Shown here in pieces: positions 35,261 through 43,245 of a stretch of 64,000 bases of DNA. The stretch is from a virus: positions 1-64,000 of the IMG/VR virus record IMGVR_UViG_3300033997_000074; one strand, 5' to 3'. Position 1 is the stretch's first letter. Every line of letters begins with the position of its first letter. Under the pieces are notes generated by a model. That model was not told the origin of the DNA, searched no databases, and worked only from the letters and a program-made list of their open reading frames with translations. The position numbers and the translations under genes were made by a program.

Positions 35261-35449
35261 TTATGCCTCCTTGATTTCAAATTGACCAATGACAAACGTA
35301 TTGCCGAAGCTTGTAATGATTTCGCAGTCTTGTACTGTCTTAGCATCAAGAATGCCATGACCGATGATTTCAGCCATGTTGAGTGTGACGGTGTGAGTGT
35401 ACCCAACTGTTCCACGAAATGCGTTATTTTTGACAGTGTAGGATTTCAT
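35261..35449 (-). CDS. Hypothetical 62-aa protein
   Basis: Trimmed to MKSYTVKNN..., which follows CGGAGCAACAAAG. Confidence 0.5.
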   Translation of the reverse strand: MKSYTVKNNAFRGTVGYTHTVTLNMAEIIGHGILDAKTVQDCEIITSFGNTFVIGQFEIKEA

Positions 35450-35483
35450 CTTTGTTGCTCCGAGTGCGTTTCTGATGTCTGTC

Positions 35484-35529
35484 ATTCTACACTGTAGCTA
35501 TAACCCGTCTAATTGGTTGTTTCTATCAC
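35484..35529 (-). promoter_or_regulatory. Early promoter with the conserved upstream element
   Basis: GTGATAGAAACAACCAA TTAGAC-17 nt-TAGAAT. Confidence 0.55.
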
Positions 35530-35552
35530 GTCTGATTACCAGATAGCGTTCC

Positions 35553-35729
35553 TTATGCTTTTCCGATAGCTCTAGAAACGTCTGATGCATACCAGTAACC
35601 CTTAGATGGTTGTTTCATGCTTTCCAGCTTATTACTGGCTGCAATCAACTGCTGTTCTGTGTTGTGTCCAGCATCCCAGAACATGCGAAGAGCTGTACGC
35701 TTGTTCAATGCCAATTCATTAACGTTCAT
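35553..35729 (-). CDS. Hypothetical 58-aa protein
   Basis: Manual translation: MNVNELALNKRTALRMFWDAGHNTEQQLIAASNKLESMKQPSKGYWYASDVSRAIGKA. Confidence 0.4.
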   Translation of the reverse strand: MNVNELALNKRTALRMFWDAGHNTEQQLIAASNKLESMKQPSKGYWYASDVSRAIGKA

Positions 35730-35733
35730 TCTC

Positions 35734-35973
35734 TTAGCCCATCAGTTCGTTTAGAAGATCATCATCTGACATATCATCCACTTCGTTTGCCTCAGCGTAG
35801 ACGTCAATCCCTTTGCTTGCCAGAAACTCAACTTCGGCTTCTACCTCTCTTTCCAGTTGCTTCACCCATACAGAACGCAAAGCGTATTCAGCATCAGAAG
35901 CTGACTGTTCAAGGCGCTGACGTTCCTTAGAAAGATTGGTCATCAGGGCAACGTAGTGTTCTGTTGTGTTCAT
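35734..35973 (-). CDS. Hypothetical 79-aa acidic protein
   Basis: Trimmed to MNTTEHYVALM..., which follows the conserved leader. Confidence 0.5.
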   Translation of the reverse strand: MNTTEHYVALMTNLSKERQRLEQSASDAEYALRSVWVKQLEREVEAEVEFLASKGIDVYAEANEVDDMSDDDLLNELMG

Positions 35974-36008
35974 GTTCTTGCTTCCGTGTTTGCTTGGCTG
36001 ATGTGCAA

Positions 36009-36037
36009 AGGATAAAGCCCTCAACATATGCTGTCAA
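36009..36037 (-). promoter_or_regulatory. Early promoter module (paralog of 34210..34237)
   Basis: AAAAAGCCC TTGACA-17 nt-TATCCT, then leader CACATCAGCCAAGCAAACACGGAAGCAAGAA. Confidence 0.55.
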
Positions 36038-36050
36038 GGGCTTTTTGAGA

Positions 36051-36305
36051 TTATTTACTGTTATCAGCGTCGTCCATGTACACACGTCCGCTAGGAGTGA
36101 TGGCGATCACAACATTAGCCAGCTCAGAAGGGCGATAATTCAGCCCATAAACGAAGCCAGCATTAGGGCGTGTCTTGCCACGATACAGCTTGCCATTCTC
36201 GTCTGTCAGAGTGAAGCTGTAAACAGGGTTTCCGTAAACAGTATTATTCTCGCGGCTCCAATCGAGGATGGTGGCTTTGGTGATGTTGGTTTTAGTAGTT
36301 TTCAT
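36051..36305 (-). CDS. Hypothetical 84-aa protein
   Basis: Trimmed to MKTTKTNITKAT..., which follows AAGGAAAACACC. Confidence 0.5.
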   Translation of the reverse strand: MKTTKTNITKATILDWSRENNTVYGNPVYSFTLTDENGKLYRGKTRPNAGFVYGLNYRPSELANVVIAITPSGRVYMDDADNSK

Positions 36306-36483
36306 GGTGTTTTCCTTAGCCTTTCTGGCTGTTTCGTTTGCTGTTGGTGTCATCCTAACAGCTTGGTTTGTGGTGTCAACAGCTACTTCGCTTTATTTTT
36401 AATCTTTCTGTTTGACGCTATCTGTTTGAGTATTGGCCAGACTACAGCCTGCATACATTCTTCGATGATAAAATCGGCCATAA

Positions 36484-36642
36484 TCAGTAGCCAAGCCAGA
36501 TCAGAACAGCTTGCGCTTCGTAGCTTTTCCGCAGCCCCATGTCCTGCACAAACTCTTCCCAGCTAGAGCCGTGCTTCTCTACTTCATTTTTAGCACGTTC
36601 TGGGCTAATGATGATGCCTTCTGCGCTTTCGTAGTAGTCCAT
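36484..36642 (-). CDS. Hypothetical 52-aa protein
   Basis: Manual translation: AGGAGACACAAGAG ATG, MDYYESAEGIIISPERAKNEVEKHGSSWEEFVQDMGLRKSYEAQAVLIWLGY. Confidence 0.4.
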   Translation of the reverse strand: MDYYESAEGIIISPERAKNEVEKHGSSWEEFVQDMGLRKSYEAQAVLIWLGY

Positions 36643-36680
36643 CTCTTGTGTCTCCTAGCTTATTTGCTTTCGATGGAGCT

Positions 36681-36727
36681 ATTAAAACAAAAGGCCGCAT
36701 TAGCGGCCAATTGATTGTTTCTATTGG
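36681..36727 (-). promoter_or_regulatory. Early promoter with the upstream element; a terminator hairpin sits in its spacer
   Basis: CCAATAGAAACAATCAA TTGGCC-18 nt-TTTAAT. GGCCGC-TAAT-GCGGCC + TTTTGTTTT (minus strand, 36693-36708) terminates the upstream gene. Confidence 0.5.
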
Positions 36728-36921
36728 TCTGCTGTTACCTGTTTGTTTTCTATATACACAGAATCGGAGCAGGCGGGGCAAAATAGGCCGGAGTATACGT
36801 TGCCGGCTTTTGTCTTGTAGTTGGAAAAGTACCACCATTGCTCACCGTCGGCCATCAGACGAATCGCGGTTTTGTTTGTGACGGCTTTGCAATTTGAGCA
36901 TTCTTTATGATTGATAAGCAT
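36721..36921 (-). CDS. Zinc-ribbon 66-aa protein
   Basis: Trimmed to MLINHKECSNCKAV...CPAC. Confidence 0.5.
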   Translation of the reverse strand: MLINHKECSNCKAVTNKTAIRLMADGEQWWYFSNYKTKAGNVYSGLFCPACSDSVYIENKQVTADQ

Positions 36922-37078
36922 TGTTAATCTCCGCATGGCAAAAATCTGTAATCAGTTGCCTTGACAGTCCTTCTATAATTACAGCATCAGACAAATCCCA
37001 TGCACTTGCTTTTAGCCGATTAATCATTGCTTTGAAAGTAGAGTCAACCCAAAAGCCGCTTTCTTTGTCAAAGAACAT
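36905..37078 (-). CDS. Hypothetical 57-aa protein
   Basis: Manual translation: MFFDKESGFWVDSTFKAMINRLKASAWDLSDAVIIEGLSRQLITDFCHAEINNAYQS. Confidence 0.4.
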   Translation of the reverse strand: MFFDKESGFWVDSTFKAMINRLKASAWDLSDAVIIEGLSRQLITDFCHAEINNAYQS

Positions 37079-37116
37079 GTTTTATTCCCTTTGCTGTTTT
37101 GCGTTTCGATGGGGAG

Positions 37117-37163
37117 ATGATAAAGCTTGCGTGTCCGGGCGTCTAATTGATTGTTTCTATTAC
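37117..37163 (-). promoter_or_regulatory. Early promoter with the upstream element
   Basis: GTAATAGAAACAATCAA TTAGAC-18 nt-TATCAT, then CCCCATCGAAACGC. Confidence 0.55.
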
Positions 37164-37184
37164 GTCCAGTTGCTTGATAGACAT

Positions 37185-37280
37185 TTAGCTTTTATTCATC
37201 TTCTTCTCAACGAAACATCCTATAAGCAATGCACATAAAACAATACAGAAAGCTTGCATAAATAGGGATTCAATGGACAT
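37185..37280 (-). CDS. 31-aa hydrophobic peptide (paralog of 34897..35004)
   Basis: Manual translation: GGAGTGAACAAA ATG, MSIESLFMQAFCIVLCALLIGCFVEKKMNKS. Confidence 0.45.
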   Translation of the reverse strand: MSIESLFMQAFCIVLCALLIGCFVEKKMNKS

Positions 37281-37293
37281 TTTGTTCACTCCA

Positions 37294-37491
37294 TTACATT
37301 TTGAATTTAAGCGTATCGTCTTTCTGCCAGTCTAGCATATTTTCACGTCGGACAGATTGCTTTTGTCCTGTGGATTCATTCCTTACAATGTAAAAGTAAG
37401 TGCCTCTGATTTGTTGGCTTCCGATAACAGTGTACTCGACACACTCTAGTGTAAACTGGTGACCTTTAGAGATACGGGATACAATTTGCAT
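37294..37491 (-). CDS. Hypothetical 65-aa protein
   Basis: ORF track; packed array. Confidence 0.5.
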   Translation of the reverse strand: MQIVSRISKGHQFTLECVEYTVIGSQQIRGTYFYIVRNESTGQKQSVRRENMLDWQKDDTLKFKM

Positions 37492-37494
37492 AAT

Positions 37495-37575
37495 TTATAC
37501 TCCTACAGATTTAACAATAGGGCGGCTAATGATGTACCCAGCAACAGAACAGAGGGAGAGAATGGCTAGGATCAT
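37495..37575 (-). CDS. 26-aa hydrophobic peptide
   Basis: Manual translation: MILAILSLCSVAGYIISRPIVKSVGV. Its stop abuts the next start. Confidence 0.3.
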   Translation of the reverse strand: MILAILSLCSVAGYIISRPIVKSVGV

Positions 37576-37644
37576 GGCTGTTGTCTCTTATGTGATTAGC
37601 TTGTGGGGAGAATGATAGCCCCCGAAGGGGCTTAGGTCAAGCTT

Positions 37645-37959
37645 TTATTTTGTTCTGTTTTTATAATCTTCTAAAATAACGGGGTCAATTTCATAACCTC
37701 GTTTAATTCTTTCACCGATGGCATAAAACCAATGCTTTAAGTTGCTTAAGCGGGTGAGTTGCTGTTCCGCTCTGACGTAGATATTATCAGAAAGCGGTGT
37801 GCTGGTCTTATCATTCCAATCCCGCCACTGGTCATAAGTCATGTTCCAGGGCCACAGTTTGTTTACTGTTTTCCATTGTTTATAGGTGAATATGCAGAAC
37901 TCACCATTTACTAAAGGGGGTGAATCTAATCCTATAAGGTCATCATCGGAGTAAATCAT
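37645..37959 (-). CDS. Hypothetical 104-aa protein
   Basis: ORF track; overlaps the upstream stop. Confidence 0.5.
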   Translation of the reverse strand: MIYSDDDLIGLDSPPLVNGEFCIFTYKQWKTVNKLWPWNMTYDQWRDWNDKTSTPLSDNIYVRAEQQLTRLSNLKHWFYAIGERIKRGYEIDPVILEDYKNRTK

Positions 37960-38240
37960 GGGTAAAACTCCTTTAGTGTGCGTTGAATGGCAGGCTTCAT
38001 CTTACCGAAAGTTTTTTGCCATTTTTCTATGAATTGTTCAGCAGAACAAGCAAAACATGCTTTATCAGACAATCGGCGACGGATGATTTCTGCGCAATCG
38101 TCCCCAACGTGTCCGATATCCACAATCTCCCCTTTGACGATGCGTTGACCGCAGCACGCACAAAGCTTGCGCTCATTCATGGGAGGGCTGATTCTCTTAC
38201 CAGTGTGAAAACAAACCGTGCGGTCATCGAACTTGGGCAT
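37956..38240 (-). CDS. Cys-rich 94-aa protein
   Basis: ORF track; CACC...C...C. It follows the leader AACACGGAGCTAAACAA. Confidence 0.5.
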   Translation of the reverse strand: MPKFDDRTVCFHTGKRISPPMNERKLCACCGQRIVKGEIVDIGHVGDDCAEIIRRRLSDKACFACSAEQFIEKWQKTFGKMKPAIQRTLKEFYP

Positions 38241-38276
38241 TTTGTTTAGCTCCGTGTTTTTCGTTTCGATGGGTTC

Positions 38277-38304
38277 ATTATACTGGATTGCTGGAGGCTG
38301 TCAA
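38277..38304 (-). promoter_or_regulatory. Early promoter, consensus hexamers
   Basis: TTGACA-16 nt-TATAAT, then GAACCCATCGAAACG. Confidence 0.6.
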
Positions 38305-38459
38305 GCTTTTATTTCAATTAAATGGCTGAAATCTTTCCCTAAATCTTGAAACCATTGCTGGCTGCTGTGATTCCAGAAGAGTACGCAAAATTCTTGAGGT
38401 TTATCGCCCATTACCTTGTACAGGTTGCCATATTCGTCTTTGTGGGTTGCTTGTTCCAT
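38301..38459 (-). CDS. Hypothetical 52-aa protein
   Basis: Manual translation: MEQATHKDEYGNLYKVMGDKPQEFCVLFWNHSSQQWFQDLGKDFSHLIEIKA. Confidence 0.4.
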   Translation of the reverse strand: MEQATHKDEYGNLYKVMGDKPQEFCVLFWNHSSQQWFQDLGKDFSHLIEIKA

Positions 38460-38460
38460 C

Positions 38461-38655
38461 TTAGTTCACCTCAGAGATTGCTTGGATTTCGTGATATTCT
38501 ACTTGAGGAAATCCAAGCCAGTCAAACCCATGGGTAGACAATCTCTTATTATATTTTTCTATTGCCTTTTGCTGGTCATCATAATCTTCATATGATGCGA
38601 CTGCCACTACCTTAAATCCATCCAACTTATTAATAAATACGATATAGTATTTCAT
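38461..38655 (-). CDS. Hypothetical 64-aa protein
   Basis: ORF track; packed array. Confidence 0.5.
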   Translation of the reverse strand: MKYYIVFINKLDGFKVVAVASYEDYDDQQKAIEKYNKRLSTHGFDWLGFPQVEYHEIQAISEVN

Positions 38656-38661
38656 TGCTCG

Positions 38662-38829
38662 TCACCAGTATTCATCTAGTTTATTTTCGAACTTCTGCAT
38701 TTCGTCAAAGTGTTTACTTAGATGACTGCTTTGCTTGTAGAAGTCGAAAGCATCATCCCGACGTTCTTTTTCTGACCAACTGCTAACCTTTACCACTCTC
38801 CCATCTTTTAAGTGAATGAGGTAATACAT
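38662..38829 (-). CDS. Hypothetical 55-aa protein
   Basis: Manual translation: MYYLIHLKDGRVVKVSSWSEKERRDDAFDFYKQSSHLSKHFDEMQKFENKLDEYW. Confidence 0.4.
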   Translation of the reverse strand: MYYLIHLKDGRVVKVSSWSEKERRDDAFDFYKQSSHLSKHFDEMQKFENKLDEYW

Positions 38830-38831
38830 GA

Positions 38832-39035
38832 TTAACTCCACTGAAAACCAACGCTGTTAGGATAATAAGTCACTTTCCTACGCTGTCCCATATAGTTGCT
38901 GTAATGGACACGATATGCAACCTTCTCAGGAGCAAAGCGATTTTCTGAATAGTCCAGCACCTTGAAAACAATACGGCCCTCTCCCAGGGTGTCGAATTTG
39001 CTTAACTCTTTAATTACTTGCTCTTTAGTTAACAT
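38832..39035 (-). CDS. Hypothetical 67-aa protein
   Basis: ORF track. Confidence 0.5.
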   Translation of the reverse strand: MLTKEQVIKELSKFDTLGEGRIVFKVLDYSENRFAPEKVAYRVHYSNYMGQRRKVTYYPNSVGFQWS

Positions 39036-39087
39036 ATCTGCGATTCCTGTTTTACCTAGAGGACACTATGTCTTCTCTGTTGTGTTC

Positions 39088-39133
39088 ATTCTATAACATA
39101 CAGCTTTGATGGATAATTGATTGTTTCTATTAC
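39088..39133 (-). promoter_or_regulatory. Early promoter with the upstream element
   Basis: GTAATAGAAACAATCAA TTATCC-17 nt-TAGAAT. Confidence 0.5.
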
Positions 39134-39159
39134 TTCTAGTTGTCTGATACGTTCTCTAT

Positions 39160-39420
39160 TCAAGGCAATAGAGCAACGGACTCTCCGGTTTGAATATAGT
39201 GCGCGAGCTGCATGAATGTAAAAGAGTTATCCCATTCTCCATTCTGAATGGAGCGTTGTTCATTAATGCGACTCTGTACATATTCGTTAATGTCAACATG
39301 ACTGGCAAGACCAAGCGTACCGTTGACTGCACCATCGATACAAGCTTGTTGGTTATCAATAAACCACTGGCGTGCCTTTTCGATGCTTTGTTTATCGATC
39401 TCTACCCCGTTAAATTTCAT
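39160..39420 (-). CDS. Hypothetical 86-aa protein
   Basis: Trimmed to MKFNGVEIDKQS..., which follows AAGGTGATACAA. Confidence 0.5.
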   Translation of the reverse strand: MKFNGVEIDKQSIEKARQWFIDNQQACIDGAVNGTLGLASHVDINEYVQSRINEQRSIQNGEWDNSFTFMQLAHYIQTGESVALLP

Positions 39421-39456
39421 TTGTATCACCTTGCGGTTTTCGTTTCTGTTGTGGCT

Positions 39457-39485
39457 ATTCTGACCCAATGCACCCATGCCGTCAA
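39457..39485 (-). promoter_or_regulatory. Early promoter
   Basis: TTGACG-17 nt-CAGAAT. Confidence 0.45.
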
Positions 39486-39520
39486 GATGTTTTAAAGGAA
39501 AACCCGCCCAAAAGATTCTA

Positions 39521-39733
39521 TTACTCGTGGCTCTTCAATAGCTTAAGCTTATCAGCAGCCTCTGTATGTGCCACTAAGCGCTCCATAGCTTCTAGCTGGC
39601 GTTGCTGTTGGACATATTCAAGCTTCCTGTTGCTATGAGCGTTAGCCAATAGACGCCAAATGTAGATGATGACCCAAAGCCCGCCCGTTAGGAAGATCAT
39701 CAGGATGTGTAAGATGTGCCATGTAGATTTCAT
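39521..39733 (-). CDS. Small membrane protein (70 aa)
   Basis: Trimmed to MKSTWHILHILMIFLTGGLWVIIYIW..., which follows AAGGAGCG. Confidence 0.5.
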   Translation of the reverse strand: MKSTWHILHILMIFLTGGLWVIIYIWRLLANAHSNRKLEYVQQQRQLEAMERLVAHTEAADKLKLLKSHE

Positions 39734-40074
39734 TGTGTACGCTCCTTTTTCAAACGGCTTATGCACTCTAATGCCTCATACCATCCGTGAGCTACGTCTG
39801 ATAAGTCCCGAAATGCTTCGCATTCGTCTAATACCGCCTCCAGGTCGCTAGCAGTCGGCAATAACGGCTGCTGCTCGGCGGTCACGGCTGACATGGCGGG
39901 CGCGAAGTGGTGATCGAACAGCTTACCCATCTGTCCGCGAAGGTGTTCTCGCTCCTTGTCTGTCATTCCGCTGCAAAAGTCGCAGCCTTCCAGCTTGTCA
40001 ATGCCGAAGTCATGCCGCCATGTCAGGCACATTGATTCGACCACGCGATCCCGATCAACCAATACCTTGCTCAT
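39730..40074 (-). CDS. Hypothetical 114-aa protein
   Basis: ORF track; visibly GC-richer patch. Confidence 0.5.
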   Translation of the reverse strand: MSKVLVDRDRVVESMCLTWRHDFGIDKLEGCDFCSGMTDKEREHLRGQMGKLFDHHFAPAMSAVTAEQQPLLPTASDLEAVLDECEAFRDLSDVAHGWYEALECISRLKKERTQ

Positions 40075-40083
40075 TTTCTCTCC

Positions 40084-40779
40084 TCAAAACAAAATTACAA
40101 ACGTTATAAAGCTCAGGACAACGCCTCCAATATAAGGACTAAGCTTTTCTTTGTCAACAGATATTTTATTATTTACCACTGATTTTACTACGTCTTTTAG
40201 CTTGTTGTGCGTAAGGATGAAAACGTTTCCACCTTCCCACCAATCGCGTTTTTCTACGTTGTTTTTCCCTACTATCTCTGCCCTCTCTTGCCACTCTGAC
40301 AGCATTTCTTCGTCTGTTGATTCGTCAGGATCATCGTCAGATGATATCCCAAGGGCTTTACAACGAGATTTCCACGCTCTAGCCCTCTTTTGCTCCAAGG
40401 CGAAGATGAGCTGTTTAAATTCTTCCTCGCTTATCTCTTGCTTTTCAAAAGCTTTGTAAAGCTCAGCTTCTTGTTTATCCAGGCGATCCAATGTTTTCTC
40501 TTGTGGAACAATTTGATGTGCAATAGGAACAGTTCTCTTAGCTGGCGTTTTCTTTTGATTAAGACCCAAAGCTTCATCACTAAAAGCTTTAATGTTTGGT
40601 TTTCCGTCTTTTGTCCAAACATCGGGAATCTTACGAGCTGACCAACCGTCCCCGCTTCGCTCAAGGGCTACCTCAACAGAGCGTTGATGCCTGTTCCCAA
40701 TCTGCTCACCTGAATATGTGTCACCTTCGTCATACTCAGCCGCACCGACCCAAGAGTTTACTATATACTGTCTAGGCAT
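40084..40779 (-). CDS. Hypothetical protein with a C-terminal membrane anchor
   Basis: About 231 aa, ending PYIGGVVLSFITFVILF. Confidence 0.5.
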   Translation of the reverse strand: MPRQYIVNSWVGAAEYDEGDTYSGEQIGNRHQRSVEVALERSGDGWSARKIPDVWTKDGKPNIKAFSDEALGLNQKKTPAKRTVPIAHQIVPQEKTLDRLDKQEAELYKAFEKQEISEEEFKQLIFALEQKRARAWKSRCKALGISSDDDPDESTDEEMLSEWQERAEIVGKNNVEKRDWWEGGNVFILTHNKLKDVVKSVVNNKISVDKEKLSPYIGGVVLSFITFVILF

Positions 40780-41597
40780 CTGTCCCACCCATGAAAAATT
40801 AACTTGTTGTCGAGATGGTACTCAAGAATACCAACCCTGTCAAGCATCGCCGGTAAAAATCTCCCATCCTTTACTGAGTTCTTGTGTATTTCAAGCAGAT
40901 TTTTAAGCTTCTCTAACCTTTCCTCGATGTATGCAAAGTGACATTCTTCTGCGGTGAAGAATCGAGGAGACTTTTCCCATGTACCGAGGTAACCTTTCGG
41001 TCTGGGGTTTTTCCTGTCGGTATCCTTTGGAAACATTACACCAATAGGTAATCCACTTTTCTTGTTAGTTCCGTTACTTTTGAAAAATACGTTAACATCT
41101 CTTGGAACCAAAATACACTTTTCCTTTGAATATTCCTTATTACCCAAACAAAGCAAGTCTTTATCAAGTTCAAACTCTCCATTATCCCACTCAAAGTACC
41201 ACTCTGCAAAATTTTGGAAGTTATGCCACTCAGATGCTACGTACACACCATTTCCTCCGTAATTAGAGAAGTTCTTGTTCTTAGGTACGTAGCATCTCTT
41301 AAGCATCCCTGACCAAATCCTACTAGCTCTGTTGGCAGACACTTTACCGTCTATTTTGTTTTTGGAGTGAGTGTAGACACCCTCCCCTGTGAAACCTACG
41401 CCTGCCACTTTTGGGAAGTAAGGGTCTACTATGGAACCATCCGTAACCGAAGACCTGCGACAAACCCTCCTAGTGCCTGTCAAGGTAAACTCAACAGTAA
41501 CATCCCGACTCCCGCGATCCTCTATGACCTTAAAATCTCCGTAACTGTTTGATTTTAAGATAGTACCTGTTTCTATTTTAGAATTATACAAAAACAC
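40761..41597 (-). CDS. HNH/AP2-like homing endonuclease (subfamily shared with 50106 and 57945)
   Basis: IWSGMLKRCY...NYGGNGVYV..EWHNFQNFAEW...ELDKDLLCLGNKEYSKEKCILVPRDVN. Confidence 0.7.
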   Translation of the reverse strand: MFLYNSKIETGTILKSNSYGDFKVIEDRGSRDVTVEFTLTGTRRVCRRSSVTDGSIVDPYFPKVAGVGFTGEGVYTHSKNKIDGKVSANRASRIWSGMLKRCYVPKNKNFSNYGGNGVYVASEWHNFQNFAEWYFEWDNGEFELDKDLLCLGNKEYSKEKCILVPRDVNVFFKSNGTNKKSGLPIGVMFPKDTDRKNPRPKGYLGTWEKSPRFFTAEECHFAYIEERLEKLKNLLEIHKNSVKDGRFLPAMLDRVGILEYHLDNKLIFHGWDRCLDSI

Positions 41598-41774
41598 CCC
41601 CTTATATTTAACGATAAAAATCTATTTACGCCGCTCCAGTCATCCTGTGTCCCGTCTTCAACCGTAGCACCAACACCAGACCTGAACCCGTAACCCCTTG
41701 GGATACTAATCATCTTTCTTTTCCTCTTACAGCTAAATTGCTTTGTTGATAGAAGGATAAAAGAAAAGCTCCGA

Positions 41775-41805
41775 GGAGTCAACCAAGGAGCTTATGAAAA
41801 GAATC
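41775..41805 (-). terminator. Terminator after 41822..42235
   Basis: AAGCTCC...GGAGCTT stem, then TTTCTTTT on the minus strand. Confidence 0.5.
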
Positions 41806-41821
41806 TATTGATGCTGTGTTT

Positions 41822-42235
41822 TTAATTAGCTTTTTCTGTCGGTGTTGCTGACGGATCGACTTCCTCAATCTCAGCCTTAGCTTTCTTCATCAAGCTTTGC
41901 AGAACATCCAAGCCTTCAGCGCCAAGCTCTTGCACTTTCTCGTTCTCTGCAATCGTTTGAACACCATAAGCTCCGAGCATGTAGGCTGTCACTTCTTTTG
42001 TGGGGACAAGGTTTGCCACTACCAAACAAGCAATAGCCACCTTAGCCCACTTTTTAACGGCTACATTTATAGCCCAATCCCAAGTCTCTCGGTTACTGTA
42101 AACATCACGCATCATGCCGCCAATGAAAAGTGCAATCAGTGTAATAACCAGCCAAGCCAGAAATGCAATAAACGTCAGCTTAGAAATTGCAGGTAGAGCA
42201 GTGAACACCAGATATACGATAAGAGCCAAAGACAT
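41822..42235 (-). CDS. Multi-pass membrane protein
   Basis: 137 aa with three hydrophobic helices. Confidence 0.55.
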   Translation of the reverse strand: MSLALIVYLVFTALPAISKLTFIAFLAWLVITLIALFIGGMMRDVYSNRETWDWAINVAVKKWAKVAIACLVVANLVPTKEVTAYMLGAYGVQTIAENEKVQELGAEGLDVLQSLMKKAKAEIEEVDPSATPTEKAN

Positions 42236-42252
42236 TTTTTATTTCTCCTTAA

Positions 42253-42384
42253 TTAGTCAGCCGATTGCCAGCGGTTATTACGATTCTTGCGAAGCTCACG
42301 AAAGTTTTTATGCTCCTTGCGCTCTTTCTGCTTGCTGTTGCTGTATTCGTTGTGTTGCTCTTGTGCATTCATACGGATTTTCAT
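42253..42384 (-). CDS. Small basic 43-aa protein
   Basis: Manual translation: MKIRMNAQEQHNEYSNSKQKERKEHKNFRELRKNRNNRWQSAD. Confidence 0.35.
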   Translation of the reverse strand: MKIRMNAQEQHNEYSNSKQKERKEHKNFRELRKNRNNRWQSAD

Positions 42385-42427
42385 TTCTATAATTCCTTAA
42401 AAGCTCTTTGTTGTGTGTTGTGTTTTC

Positions 42428-42781
42428 TTATTGAACTTTAGTACGTTTTACAGACTCAACCCATTCCTGACAAGGGCTGGACATTATACCAAGATCGAAC
42501 CAGTCAGGACGCTTGCCCTCTGACTCTCCGGTATAACAGTCAACAAACTCCTCCCGACCATCTTTGTATTTCAGAAGCATAACAGGAGTTGCCCAACGAG
42601 AGCTAGAGATTCCTACAATTTCTGGCTCCTCGCTAAGGTCGATTGTAAACTTCCCATCTTCATAAACTGTATCGGCAGTCCAGAACCAATCTTCTTCCAT
42701 GCCCATAAGAGCCTCTGAGAGAACATCAGATTTCATTTGGATCATCCGTTGTGCCAGCTCATAGTCATAACGCTTCGACAT
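42428..42781 (-). CDS. Hypothetical 117-aa protein
   Basis: Trimmed to MSKRYDYELAQ..., which follows GAGGAGAAATGAA. Confidence 0.5.
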   Translation of the reverse strand: MSKRYDYELAQRMIQMKSDVLSEALMGMEEDWFWTADTVYEDGKFTIDLSEEPEIVGISSSRWATPVMLLKYKDGREEFVDCYTGESEGKRPDWFDLGIMSSPCQEWVESVKRTKVQ

Positions 42782-42792
42782 TTCATTTCTCC

Positions 42793-43044
42793 TCAATACA
42801 TTTTCGTTTGTTTAAGCTGCTTTTCTCGGGCAGTTGAGATATTTTGGATCAACTGCATTCCTTTGTCAACAGCTTTCTTTGCTTTTTCTTCATCTTTGAA
42901 CATCTCTCTAGCGTCATAGGAGAGCTGCGCTGTAGCCCATGCTCGCCAATAGCCCAAGTCATAAGCGTTGATAGCCTTTGAAACGTATTGTAGATTTTTG
43001 TATACGTTCCAAGCTGCTGAGAGGTGTTGGTTATAGCCAAGCAT
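42793..43044 (-). CDS. Hypothetical 83-aa protein
   Basis: ORF track. Confidence 0.5.
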   Translation of the reverse strand: MLGYNQHLSAAWNVYKNLQYVSKAINAYDLGYWRAWATAQLSYDAREMFKDEEKAKKAVDKGMQLIQNISTAREKQLKQTKMY

Positions 43045-43046
43045 AG

Positions 43047-43244
43047 CTATTCTCCCACTGTAAACAATTTATCTTCAAAATCTTTAAGGGCTTGCAGATA
43101 TCCTCTGTCCTCATCATCTTGGGATGGACAGCCCTCCCAATGCTTCAAATGCTGCACAAGAGCGCTATAACCAAGCTTTATTGCATATTCACAATCCTCG
43201 ACTCCCAGTCGATACCCTTCGTTGTATTCTGGAGAGGTTTTCAT
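43047..43244 (-). CDS. Hypothetical 65-aa protein
   Basis: ORF track. Confidence 0.5.
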   Translation of the reverse strand: MKTSPEYNEGYRLGVEDCEYAIKLGYSALVQHLKHWEGCPSQDDEDRGYLQALKDFEDKLFTVGE

Positions 43245-43245
43245 A

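Noticed and set aside
35964-36566. 200-aa plus-strand ORF
   Set aside because: It runs antisense across three small minus-strand genes and a promoter/terminator module. It is Cys/Ser/Leu-rich with no SD.
41573-41782. 69-aa minus-strand ORF
   Set aside because: It spans the terminator of the upstream gene and the start region of the endonuclease gene. It has no SD and odd composition.
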